This document shows positions 42,626-51,234 of a stretch of 64,000 nt of DNA, one piece after another. A program made the position numbers and the translations under genes. This stretch comes from Roseibacillus sp. (GTDB lineage: Bacteria > Verrucomicrobiota > Verrucomicrobiia > Verrucomicrobiales > Akkermansiaceae): assembly GCA_965242925.1 (NCBI GenBank), contig CBDEUM010000031.1:1-64000 (forward strand), written 5' to 3'. The stretch's first letter is position 1; each line of letters begins with the position of its first letter. The notes beneath the pieces are model-generated. The model was not told the DNA's origin, did no database searches, and saw nothing but the letters and a program-made list of their open reading frames with translations.

Positions 42626-43528
42626 ATGCAACCTGCAACCCGCCGCCGCTTCCTCACCACCGGAACCCTCGCCGCCACGGCCGGTTTGTTTCGTGCCTCC
42701 GCCGATCATCACCAGGGCGGAAAGGACCATCCCATCCTGCTGTCGCTGAAATGCGGGATGTGTGGCGAGGGGAAGACTCTGGACGAGAAATTCCGCCTCC
42801 TGAAGGACCTTGGCTACGATGGGGTGGAACTCGACTCCCCCGGAGGACAGAACAAGGACGAAGCGAAGAAGGCTTCCGCGAAAGTCGGTCTGCCCACCCA
42901 CGGTGTGGTCGATTCGATCCACTGGGGCACCACCCTCTCCGATCCTTCTGCCGAAGTGCGGGAGAAGGGACTCCAGGGGCTGCTCACCGCCATTCGGGAG
43001 AGTGATGCCATCGGCGGCACTTCAGTTCTTCTGGTCCCTGCCGTGGTTAATGCCAAGACCACCGAGCAACAGGCCTGGGATCGATCCATCGGGCAAATAC
43101 GCAAGGCCTTGCCCCTTGCCGCCAGACTGGGGGTCCACATTCTCATCGAAAACGTCTGGAACCGCTTCCTCTACGACCACGATGGCCCCAACAATCAGAC
43201 CGCCGTAAAACTGGTGAAGTACATCGATGAAATCGACAGTCCATGGGTTGGATCCTACTTCGACATCGGCAACCACCAGAAATACGGCAAGCCCGCGGAA
43301 TGGATCCGCTCCCTGGGCCACCGTATCGTGAAACTGGACGTCAAGGACTGGGGGGTGAAGGCCGGCTTCTCCAAGATCGGTGCAGGGGACGTGGACTGGC
43401 CCGACGTGCGGAAGGCCCTCGCCGAAATTCGCTTCACCGGTTGGGCCACCGCGGAGGTCGGCGGCGGAAATCGCGAGCGCTGCGCGGAAATCCTGGCCAA
43501 CATGCGCAAGCATTTGCTCGGGGCCTAG
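42626..43528 (+). CDS. Tat-exported sugar phosphate isomerase/epimerase
   Basis: TRRRFL Tat motif; GYDGVE, IENVWNRFL, FDIGN, LDVKD, WATAEV. Confidence 0.88.
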   Translation: MQPATRRRFLTTGTLAATAGLFRASADHHQGGKDHPILLSLKCGMCGEGKTLDEKFRLLKDLGYDGVELDSPGGQNKDEAKKASAKVGLPTHGVVDSIHWGTTLSDPSAEVREKGLQGLLTAIRESDAIGGTSVLLVPAVVNAKTTEQQAWDRSIGQIRKALPLAARLGVHILIENVWNRFLYDHDGPNNQTAVKLVKYIDEIDSPWVGSYFDIGNHQKYGKPAEWIRSLGHRIVKLDVKDWGVKAGFSKIGAGDVDWPDVRKALAEIRFTGWATAEVGGGNRERCAEILANMRKHLLGA

Positions 43529-43552
43529 TGGTCCCGCTGTGTCGCCCCGGCA

Positions 43553-44380
43553 ATGAGCGACGAATCCCAGAACCGCTTCTCCGGGCTGGCGCGCCTGTAT
43601 GGAGAGCCCGGACTGGCCGCCCTGCGCCGGGCACATGTCGCCGTGATCGGAATTGGAGGGGTGGGGTCCTGGACTGCCGAGGCTCTTGCACGGAGTGGGG
43701 TGGGGGAACTCACCCTGGTCGATCTCGACGATGTCTGTGTCACCAACACCAACCGGCAGATACACGCTCTCTCCGACACGGTGGGCCAATCCAAGGTTCA
43801 GGTGATGGCCGAACGGATAGCAACCATCAACCCGGAGTGCACCCTGCACGCCGAGGAATGCTTTCTGACAGGGAACAACGTGGAGACCCTCCTTGATCGC
43901 TCCCTGGATGCCGTGATCGATGCCATCGATGCGGTCCACCCCAAGTGCCTTCTCCTGGCCCAATGCCACCAGCGTCAGATTCCGGTCATTACCTGCGGAG
44001 CGGCAGGCGGCCAGTGCGATGCCACTCTCATCGAGATTGCTGATCTCAGCCGTACCTTCAATGATGCACTCCTTCATCAGGTCCGCAGGAATCTGCGGGG
44101 CAACTACGGTTTTCCCAGCGGCGAAGATTCCCGGAAGAGATTCGGCATCCCAGCGGTCTTCTCCACCGAGAACACTCTCTATCCACAGGGTGACGGTTGC
44201 GTTTCGACCGAACGACCGACCCCCCAACCCGCAGGACTACGCTGCGATGCGGGCTTCGGATCGGTCACCCATGTCACCGCGGCCTTCGGGCTCCTCGCCG
44301 CCGGCGACATCATCAATCGGATCGCGGGGTCGAGAAACAAAGAAGGCGGCCCGGGGCCGCCCTCAGGATCCGGAATCTGA
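43553..44380 (+). CDS. tcdA: tRNA threonylcarbamoyladenosine dehydratase (ThiF family)
   Basis: RFSGLARLYG, GIGGVGSW..EALARSG, VTNTNRQ, AVFSTE, GFGS..VTAAFG. Confidence 0.9.
   Translation: MSDESQNRFSGLARLYGEPGLAALRRAHVAVIGIGGVGSWTAEALARSGVGELTLVDLDDVCVTNTNRQIHALSDTVGQSKVQVMAERIATINPECTLHAEECFLTGNNVETLLDRSLDAVIDAIDAVHPKCLLLAQCHQRQIPVITCGAAGGQCDATLIEIADLSRTFNDALLHQVRRNLRGNYGFPSGEDSRKRFGIPAVFSTENTLYPQGDGCVSTERPTPQPAGLRCDAGFGSVTHVTAAFGLLAAGDIINRIAGSRNKEGGPGPPSGSGI
44345..44361 (-). terminator. GC hairpin at the convergent ends of tcdA and rpmJ
   Basis: GGCGGCC-CGG-GGCCGCC with A-rich flank on + (T-rich on -). Confidence 0.5.
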
Positions 44381-44390
44381 GATCTGCAAT

Positions 44391-44555
44391 CTACTTCACA
44401 CCCTTCTTCGAGAGGCGCGTCCCACGCGTCGATCCCTGCCGGGCCTTGAACTTGGGATTGGTCTTGTTGATGACGTAGAGGGTGCCCCGGCGCTTCACGA
44501 CCTGGCATCCGGCGTGGCGGCGCTTGAGCGAGTTGAGGGAAGAGAGAACTTTCAT
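44391..44555 (-). CDS. rpmJ: 50S ribosomal protein L36, type B (Zn-free), with C-terminal extension
   Basis: Below ORF-track cutoff; hand translation [54 protein letters not shown]. Confidence 0.93.
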   Translation of the reverse strand: MKVLSSLNSLKRRHAGCQVVKRRGTLYVINKTNPKFKARQGSTRGTRLSKKGVK

Positions 44556-44745
44556 GACTCGTCCGAAAGGGGAGGCGCACTCTAGGCCGGATCAAATCGC
44601 TGTAAAGCCTATTCTCAAGGGCGTTTTCCGGCAATTCAGCGCACTTGCGATAGCCGGGGCAGTGTGAGACCCTGCCGCCAACGGAGCTTGCGGGGGCCCT
44701 GTGGAGGACTGGCCACGGCGAAGCGGGAAACGGAAGACCGGACAG

Positions 44746-45753
44746 ATGGCGGATAACTCTTACCAGGAACCGGATCCCCCCTTCGACCTCTCCCTGCGCC
44801 CTCCAGAATTCGGGGAGTTCCACGGCCAGGAAAAGGTCAAGGAGCGCCTCATGCTGATGGTGGAAGCAGCCCGGCAGCGCAAGGATGTGCTCGAGCATAT
44901 CCTGCTCTCCGGCCCCCCCGGACTGGGCAAGACAACTCTGGCCAACATCATCGCCAGCGCAGCGAAGTCCAACATTCACACCACCTCCGGTCCCCAGGTC
45001 GAGAAAGCGGGAGACCTGGCGGGAATCCTGACCAACCTGCAGAAGGGCGATGTGCTCTTCATCGATGAAATCCATCGGCTCCATCCCGCCATCGAGGAAT
45101 ACCTCTATCCTGCCATGGAAGATTACCGGCTCGACATCATCATCGACTCCGGCCCCTCCGCCCGTTCCATCCAGCTCAACCTGCCCAAGTTCACCCTGGT
45201 GGGAGCTACCACCAGGGCCGGCATGCTCACCGCGCCCCTGCGATCCCGTTTCGGCCTCGTCAACCGCTTGGACTACTACAGCCTGGAAGAACTTTGCGTC
45301 ATCATCATGCGCTCGGCCGGGCTGCTGGAGATCCGTATCGACGAAGGGGGGGCCCGGGAAGTGGCCTCCCGGTCGAGGGGCACCCCTCGCGTGGCCAACA
45401 ATCTTCTGCGCTGGGTCCGGGACTACGCGCAGGTCCGGGCCGACGGCCTGATCGACGCTGGAACTGCCGGCAAGGCCCTCGCCATGATCGAGATCGATCA
45501 GGACGGGCTCGATGAGATGGACAAGCGCATCCTGGAAACCGTCATCTACAAGTTCAATGGCGGACCGGTGGGCCTGAGTTCACTCGCGGTGGCAGTGGGG
45601 GAAGATGCCTCTTCCCTCGAGGAGGTCAACGAACCCTTCCTCATCATGCAGGGTTTTCTCAAGCGCACCCCCCGGGGACGGGTGGCCATGCCCTCCGCCT
45701 ACCAGAAGATCGGGGCCGAGCCCCCGCAGGGCGCACAGGGGGAACTGCTGTAA
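44746..45753 (+). CDS. ruvB: Holliday junction branch migration helicase RuvB
   Basis: [53 protein letters not shown]. Confidence 0.97.
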   Translation: MADNSYQEPDPPFDLSLRPPEFGEFHGQEKVKERLMLMVEAARQRKDVLEHILLSGPPGLGKTTLANIIASAAKSNIHTTSGPQVEKAGDLAGILTNLQKGDVLFIDEIHRLHPAIEEYLYPAMEDYRLDIIIDSGPSARSIQLNLPKFTLVGATTRAGMLTAPLRSRFGLVNRLDYYSLEELCVIIMRSAGLLEIRIDEGGAREVASRSRGTPRVANNLLRWVRDYAQVRADGLIDAGTAGKALAMIEIDQDGLDEMDKRILETVIYKFNGGPVGLSSLAVAVGEDASSLEEVNEPFLIMQGFLKRTPRGRVAMPSAYQKIGAEPPQGAQGELL

Positions 45754-45791
45754 TCAGGACAGCTTCCGGATCGTATCCGTCCCGCTTGCCT

Positions 45792-46826
45792 TTACTCCGG
45801 CTGGGCCTTCTCCGCCTTGCGCTTGGCCTTGCGCGCCTTGCGGCGGGCCCTTTTCTCCTCCTTGTTCTCAGCCGGAGCCGGGGCGGTCGATTCGGCCTTG
45901 GCCTTGGATTCACCCCTGCTCCCGGAGGCCGCCTCCTTGAGATCTTCCACGCCAACCAGCTTCGCCACTGAAACAGACTTGAGAGGCAACTTCCCGGGCG
46001 CACCCTCGGCCTGTGGAATCCCCGCCGGAAGCCCCGTTTCGAGGAGAATGGTCGTTGCAACCTCCAACGGCTGCCCCAGGCCGATATCAAACAACATCAT
46101 ACCCGTGGCCTCCTTGACCTCGGTTTTCAGGATCTCCTCTGCTCCTTCCCCATCCCTCTCCTTCGTTTTCCCCGAGATCGAAATCCGGGCCACTTTGCGC
46201 CCTTCCTGCTCGACGACATTCTCGAGCTTGAGGGTATAATCGATGGTGACCTTCCCCCCAAGCTCTCCCATCGGCAGGTCAACCTCCGACTTCCAGCTGT
46301 CGCCCGGCTTGACATCCCTGCCAGGAAGGAACTCGGAACTTTGCCGGGCCATGGCCTCCAATTCCTCCTTTCCCATCCCCAACTGGTCCGCTCCCTGCAC
46401 GTCGTCCAGCCCTTCGAATCCCACCATTTTGCCCTTCTTGTCGTAAATTACCGCGAACTTCGTCTCCGTCATCGGCTTGAGAACCGTCCCGAGGAGTCCC
46501 CCTCCCTTGGACGGGTCGGAGGAATCGTACTCCATCACGAGGCCCTGCATCTCCTGCCTCATCCTCACCGAATCAAAGGCATGACTCACCTTGGTTCCCT
46601 TCTCGTGAGCGCTCACGTCATTATGCACCCGCAGCACCATCCGGCCCTTCGTCTCGATCAGCCCCTGGCCAGGCAGTGGCATTTTCATGAACGAGTCAGC
46701 GGTATTATCGAAGACGTAACGCTTCCCCGGTTGCCACTTCAGCTTCAGTTCCACCGCCCCTCCCGGAAGGACACCCAGGATCAGGGCTCCCAGGACCACG
46801 AAAGCGGTATCAGTAACAGTTTTCAT
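45792..46826 (-). CDS. Exported hypothetical protein (DUF6263-like)
   Basis: Signal peptide; LKWQPGKRY, MEYDS, LPGRDVKPGDSW; basic C-terminal tail. Confidence 0.7.
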   Translation of the reverse strand: MKTVTDTAFVVLGALILGVLPGGAVELKLKWQPGKRYVFDNTADSFMKMPLPGQGLIETKGRMVLRVHNDVSAHEKGTKVSHAFDSVRMRQEMQGLVMEYDSSDPSKGGGLLGTVLKPMTETKFAVIYDKKGKMVGFEGLDDVQGADQLGMGKEELEAMARQSSEFLPGRDVKPGDSWKSEVDLPMGELGGKVTIDYTLKLENVVEQEGRKVARISISGKTKERDGEGAEEILKTEVKEATGMMLFDIGLGQPLEVATTILLETGLPAGIPQAEGAPGKLPLKSVSVAKLVGVEDLKEAASGSRGESKAKAESTAPAPAENKEEKRARRKARKAKRKAEKAQPE

Positions 46827-46906
46827 GACTCCCTTGTCCCCGCGATGAGTACGGGAAACAAGGAAAAATCCTGCCGTTCCCGGCGTAATGCGGTTAAAGT
46901 GACCAC

Positions 46907-47332
46907 GTGAGAGCGGATTTGGGAGAACTCGTCGAACGCTGCCGGGCCGGTGGCCTTCGCCGCACCAAGGCTCTTGAGGTTCTCCTCGGCACCCTGCTCA
47001 AGACCGACCGTCCCGTGACCCTGGCTGGATTGGAGAAGTCGCGTCCGCTTGCCACCCAATGTGACAAGGCCACCATCTACCGGCTCCTCCATCGCCTGAC
47101 CGACGCCGGCATTGTTCGTCGCCTCGGACTGCACGAACGCGCCGCCTACTTTGCCCTCGTTCTTCCCGGCCAGCACCGCGATTACCTGATCTGCACCGAG
47201 TGCGGCACAATTGCTCCCATCGATGCCCCCTGCCCGGTCCACGAACTGGAAGATGAGATCCGGCAAGACACCGGATACCGGGATCTCTACCATGAACTTG
47301 AATTCTTTGGCACCTGCCCAAAGTGCGCCTAG
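46907..47332 (+). CDS. Fur-family transcriptional regulator
   Basis: GLRRT, ATIYRLL, HRDYLICTECG, HELEFFGTCPKC. Confidence 0.9.
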   Translation: MRADLGELVERCRAGGLRRTKALEVLLGTLLKTDRPVTLAGLEKSRPLATQCDKATIYRLLHRLTDAGIVRRLGLHERAAYFALVLPGQHRDYLICTECGTIAPIDAPCPVHELEDEIRQDTGYRDLYHELEFFGTCPKCA

Positions 47333-47338
47333 CCCGTC

Positions 47339-48244
47339 ATGCTCCCAACCGAAGCGCATTCCCTGACTGAGCAATTCTTTGAGTTTCTTTCGGTTGAGAA
47401 GAACGTCTCCCCGCGCACCCTGGACAACTACGAGCGCGCCCTGGAGGCCTTCCGTCAATGGCCGGGAGAGGACTTCACCCACTGGAATGAATGTAGCGCC
47501 GACCATTTTCGCGCTTACCTCTTCGACTGCATGAAACGGGAGCTGGCCCGCTCCACCATCCGGTTGCACTTTTCCGCTCTTCGCTCCTTCTACAATTACC
47601 TTGTTTCCCGCCACGGACTCCCCGGAAGTCCAGTCGCCGAAGTGCAACTTCCCAAGCTTGAGCGACAGCTTCCGGTGGTCCTGACCCTCAGGCAGATCGA
47701 GCAACTCCTGGACCTTCCCCAGCAGATCCCGCGGGAAAAACAGGCTCCCGTCTGGCTTCCCCTCCGGGATACCGCCATTCTTGAGCTCTTTTACTCCACC
47801 GGCCTGCGCCTCGCCGAACTGGCCGCCCTTGAGGTCCGGGATCTTGACGGCCTGAGCGACACCCTGCGGGTGATGGGAAAAGGCTCCAAGGAGCGCCTCG
47901 TGCCCATCGGTTCCTACGCCATGAAAGCTATCGAGGCCTATCGTCAGTCCGCCAGGATCACGGAAGGCGCCCTCTTCCTCTCCAAGCTGCGCAAGCGCCT
48001 CTCGACGCGCTCAATCAACACCCTGCTCAAGAAGTATCTCGCCCACTCCGACATCCCCTTCAACGTCACACCCCACAAACTGCGCCATTCCTTCGCCACC
48101 CATCTCCTCGATGCCGGTGCCGACCTCCGCAGCGTACAGGCCCTCCTCGGCCACTCCTCCCTCTCCACCACCCAGATCTACACCCATGTCACCAGGGAGC
48201 GCCTGCGCGAAGCCTACGACCGGGCCCATCCCCGGGCTTCCTAG
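47339..48244 (+). CDS. xerC: Tyrosine recombinase XerC-like
   Basis: SPRTLDNY, RDTAILELFYSTGLR..EL, GKGSKER, HKLRHSFATHLL, LLGHSSLSTTQIYTH, HPRA. Confidence 0.88.
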   Translation: MLPTEAHSLTEQFFEFLSVEKNVSPRTLDNYERALEAFRQWPGEDFTHWNECSADHFRAYLFDCMKRELARSTIRLHFSALRSFYNYLVSRHGLPGSPVAEVQLPKLERQLPVVLTLRQIEQLLDLPQQIPREKQAPVWLPLRDTAILELFYSTGLRLAELAALEVRDLDGLSDTLRVMGKGSKERLVPIGSYAMKAIEAYRQSARITEGALFLSKLRKRLSTRSINTLLKKYLAHSDIPFNVTPHKLRHSFATHLLDAGADLRSVQALLGHSSLSTTQIYTHVTRERLREAYDRAHPRAS

Positions 48245-48286
48245 GACAGCCCGACGAGTCAGTAGCGTCCCAGTGGGCTGTACACA

Positions 48287-48314
48287 GGAAGGGGAGCCTG
48301 ACGGCTCCCCTTCC
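48287..48314. terminator. Hairpin between xerC and porin A
   Basis: GGAAGGGGAGCC-TGAC-GGCTCCCCTTCC. Confidence 0.75.
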
Positions 48315-48346
48315 CGGTATATCAAAATTGAGTCGTCTCGCTCAGA

Positions 48347-49021
48347 CTAGAATGCGAAATTAACACTCACGCCGGTGACGGTCTCGTCGCCGCTCTCACC
48401 ATCAATGGTGTGCGTGATGTGAGGAGTAACGGTGATGCTGTCCGAAGCGGCGATGCTCAGGCCGGCACTAATACCGTAGAAGGTATCAACCGGACCATCA
48501 TCGAAGTGACCGAGCACACCCGAGATACCGAGCGTCATATTGCCACCAAGGTCCATTTCTACCAGACCAGCGGTGACCTCCCAGTAGATGTCGTGGGCAG
48601 CGGCTGCGCCGCTCTCGTTGTAGTATGCCGCAACGCCCAGGGAGATCCCTCCCACAGAGGTACCCAGGGAAACATAGGGCTCAAGGTCATCACCGCCGCC
48701 AGCACCCCCGAAGTAGGAGTAGTTGGTGACTCCAAGCGTCAGGTCCAGATTGTCGCTGAGCGACTTGGACGCCGACATATGGATGTCCAGCTCATTGCCT
48801 CCCTCATAGGAAGCGAGCCAGAGGCCAGCCGCCCAGTCGAAATTGTCCCCGCTGCCGGAAACACCGATGCTGGCGTCAAAGAGGTCAGCTCCGTTGTTGT
48901 TTCCGCGGAAGACATAATCGGAGGAATAACCTGCGCCAATACTAGTCTCAATGTCCGCGTTGGCGGTGCCAAGCAGGGACAAGGACAGTCCTGTAAGTGC
49001 TAGAATACGTGTAGGTCTCAT
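48347..49021 (-). CDS. Outer-membrane beta-barrel, TorF/Gcw_chp-like porin (copy A)
   Basis: Signal MRPTRILAL..ANA; SSDYVFRG motif; alternating beta strands; C-terminal Phe (VSVNFAF). Confidence 0.8.
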   Translation of the reverse strand: MRPTRILALTGLSLSLLGTANADIETSIGAGYSSDYVFRGNNNGADLFDASIGVSGSGDNFDWAAGLWLASYEGGNELDIHMSASKSLSDNLDLTLGVTNYSYFGGAGGGDDLEPYVSLGTSVGGISLGVAAYYNESGAAAAHDIYWEVTAGLVEMDLGGNMTLGISGVLGHFDDGPVDTFYGISAGLSIAASDSITVTPHITHTIDGESGDETVTGVSVNFAF

Positions 49022-49050
49022 AACGTTTGGGACGGTGCATGGCCGGTACG

Positions 49051-49231
49051 AATTGTCAATCCATAGTAACAAAATCTGACCCTCCCAAAGATGCTACTAC
49101 GAATATCTAAATACGGTTTAATCAAGTATCTCTAAAACCTGATATTACAGGTTCATTCTCCGACCGCTCCTGCAATACGGATACGAAAAGGGGGAGCCTG
49201 ACGGCTCCCCCTCCTCGGTTAGAGATATATT
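49051..49231. repeat. Duplicated intergenic unit 1 (terminator + AT-rich spacer + promoter)
   Basis: Near-identical to 50056-50231; contains TTGACA on - (49054-49059) and hairpin 49186-49212. Confidence 0.85.
49186..49212 (-). terminator. Rho-independent terminator of porin B
   Basis: On -: AGGGGGAGCC-GTCA-GGCTCCCCCTTTT. Confidence 0.85.
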
Positions 49232-49245
49232 AACTCCTAGATCAT

Positions 49246-49989
49246 TTAGAATCCGAAACTAACGCTCACGCCAGCGACGGTCTCGTCATCGGCAGGACCG
49301 ACGACTTGATTCCCATCGATAGTGTGCGAAAGGTAAGGAGTAACAGTGATGCTGTCGGAAACGGCGATGCTGAGGCCGGCGCTGATTCCGTAGTAAGTGT
49401 CTTCAGCTCCTGAGCCGACTTCATCCCAGTGACCGATCACACCCGCGAGTCCGAGGGTCACATTACCGGAAACTTCCATTTCGTAGCCAGCGGTGAACTC
49501 CCAGTACATATCATGGAGTTGAGCGCCACCTTCGTTGAAATGTGCCGCAACGCCCAGGGAAATCCCTCCCAAGGACGTTCCCAAGCCAATATAGGGCTCA
49601 AGATCGTCTGGCAGTGGGATGCCCACGGTGAGTATGTCTCCATAATAGGAATAGTTGGTGACTCCAACTTCCAGACTCAGGTTCTCGCTTAGCGCCTTGG
49701 AGGCCGAGAGGGAGATGTCCATCTCATTGCCGCTAATTCCGGTCCCGCCAAAGTTACTAGCGGTGCCGAGCCAGAGGCTAGCTGAGAAGTCGAGGTCACC
49801 AAGGCCACCCAAGTTTCCGCTACCGGAAACGTCGATGCTTGCTTCAAAGTGGTCCTCCCCATAGTTGGATCCGCGGAAGACGTAATCGGATGCATAACCC
49901 GCGCCAATACTCGTCTCGATGTCCGCGTTAGCTGTGCCAAGCAGGGACAAGGAGAGTCCTGTAAGTGCCAGAATTCGTGTAGGTCTCAT
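49246..49989 (-). CDS. Outer-membrane beta-barrel, TorF/Gcw_chp-like porin (copy B, divergent loops)
   Basis: Same signal peptide; ASDYVFRG; longer loops; VSVSFGF end. Confidence 0.8.
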   Translation of the reverse strand: MRPTRILALTGLSLSLLGTANADIETSIGAGYASDYVFRGSNYGEDHFEASIDVSGSGNLGGLGDLDFSASLWLGTASNFGGTGISGNEMDISLSASKALSENLSLEVGVTNYSYYGDILTVGIPLPDDLEPYIGLGTSLGGISLGVAAHFNEGGAQLHDMYWEFTAGYEMEVSGNVTLGLAGVIGHWDEVGSGAEDTYYGISAGLSIAVSDSITVTPYLSHTIDGNQVVGPADDETVAGVSVSFGF

Positions 49990-50016
49990 AGCGGGCAGAA
50001 GGATGCCTGCCGGAGG

Positions 50017-50090
50017 CAAATTGTCAATCCGTAGCAACAAAATCTGACCCTCCCAAATTGTCAATCCGTAGCAACAAAATCTGACCCTCC
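50017..50090. repeat. Perfect 37-bp tandem duplication in porin B promoter
   Basis: CAAATTGTCAATCCGTAGCAACAAAATCTGACCCTCC at 50017-50053 and 50054-50090. Confidence 0.9.
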
Positions 50091-50186
50091 CCAAGATGCT
50101 CGAATATCTACATACGGTTTAATTAAGTATCTCTAGAATCTGATATTACAGGTTCATTCTCCAACCGTTCCTGCAATACGGATACG

Positions 50187-50213
50187 AAAAGGGGGAGCCT
50201 AACGGCTCCCCCT
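50187..50213 (-). terminator. Rho-independent terminator of porin A'
   Basis: On -: AGGGGGAGCC-GTTA-GGCTCCCCCTTTT. Confidence 0.85.
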
Positions 50214-50245
50214 CCCGGTTAGAGATATATTACTTCCTCCGTAAC

Positions 50246-50920
50246 TTAGAATCCGAAATTAACACTCACGCCGGTGACGGTCTCGTCGCCGCTCTCACCA
50301 TCAATGGTGTGCGTGATGTGAGGAGTAACGGTGATGCTGTCCGAAGCGGCGATGCTCAGGCCGGCACTAATACCGTAGAAGGTATCAACCGGACCATCAT
50401 CGAAGTGACCGAGCACACCCGAGATACCGAGCGTCATATTGCCACCAAGGTCCATTTCTACCAGACCAGCGGTGAGCTCCCAGTAGATGTCGTGGGCAGC
50501 GGCTGCGCCGCTCTCGTTGTAGTATGCCGCAACACCCAGGGAGATCCCTCCCACAGAGGTACCCAGGGAAACATAGGGCTCAAGGTCATCACCGCCGCCA
50601 GCACCCCCGAAGTAGGAGTAGTTGGTGACTCCAAGCGTCAGGTCCAGATTGTCGCTGAGCGACTTGGACGCCGACATATGGATGTCCAGCTCATTGCCTC
50701 CCTCATAGGAAGCGAGCCAGAGGCCAGCCGCCCAGTCGAAATTGTCCCCGCTGCCGGAAACACCGATGCTGGCGTCAAAGAGGTCAGCTCCGTTGTTGTT
50801 TCCGCGGAAGACATAATCGGAGGAATAACCTGCGCCAATACTAGTCTCAATGTCCGCGTTGGCGGTGCCAAGCAGGGACAAGGAGAGTCCTGTAAGTGCT
50901 AGAATACGTGTAGGTCTCAT
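50246..50920 (-). CDS. Outer-membrane beta-barrel, TorF/Gcw_chp-like porin (copy A', near-identical to A)
   Basis: Same length as copy A; two amino-acid differences seen (WEV/WEL, FAF/FGF). Confidence 0.8.
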   Translation of the reverse strand: MRPTRILALTGLSLSLLGTANADIETSIGAGYSSDYVFRGNNNGADLFDASIGVSGSGDNFDWAAGLWLASYEGGNELDIHMSASKSLSDNLDLTLGVTNYSYFGGAGGGDDLEPYVSLGTSVGGISLGVAAYYNESGAAAAHDIYWELTAGLVEMDLGGNMTLGISGVLGHFDDGPVDTFYGISAGLSIAASDSITVTPHITHTIDGESGDETVTGVSVNFGF

Positions 50921-50935
50921 AACGTCGGAGATAAA

Positions 50936-50952
50936 AACACAGATCATGCCAA
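50936..50952 (-). promoter_or_regulatory. Possible degenerate sigma-54 promoter of porin A'
   Basis: TTGGCATGATCTGTGTT on -: good -24 element, GT instead of GC at -12. Confidence 0.35.
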
Positions 50953-51174
50953 CAAGAAAAGCAGAAACTTAGGGAAACCTTATAATTTGTTTATATTTAC
51001 TACAATCGCGGGAAATTGCTCCTCCTTTTCCAGGGCATTAGCGGCCTGACTACCCTTCTAGCCAGATACCGGGCTCAAACATCCTCGATTCCTTCTTCAG
51101 GGGAACCTGCAGCGGGCACTCCAGGTCACCTGATTGATCGGACCGCGGGGGGAAATACCTGCCTTCAGACTTTC

Positions 51175-51207
51175 AAAAAAGGGCTCGTTCCGGAAAACCA
51201 GCCCTTT
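51175..51207 (-). terminator. Terminator after second amt
   Basis: AAAGGGCT..AGCCCTTT stem with 6-A run on + (T run on -). Confidence 0.65.
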
Positions 51208-51234
51208 GCAGGGACATTCAGGCGGCCGGGGACT

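Noticed and set aside
49095..49135. dif-like Xer site in the AT-rich porin spacers (also ~50100-50135)
   Set aside because: Only a loose match to the XerD arm, the spacing is wrong, and the two copies differ at the relevant bases.
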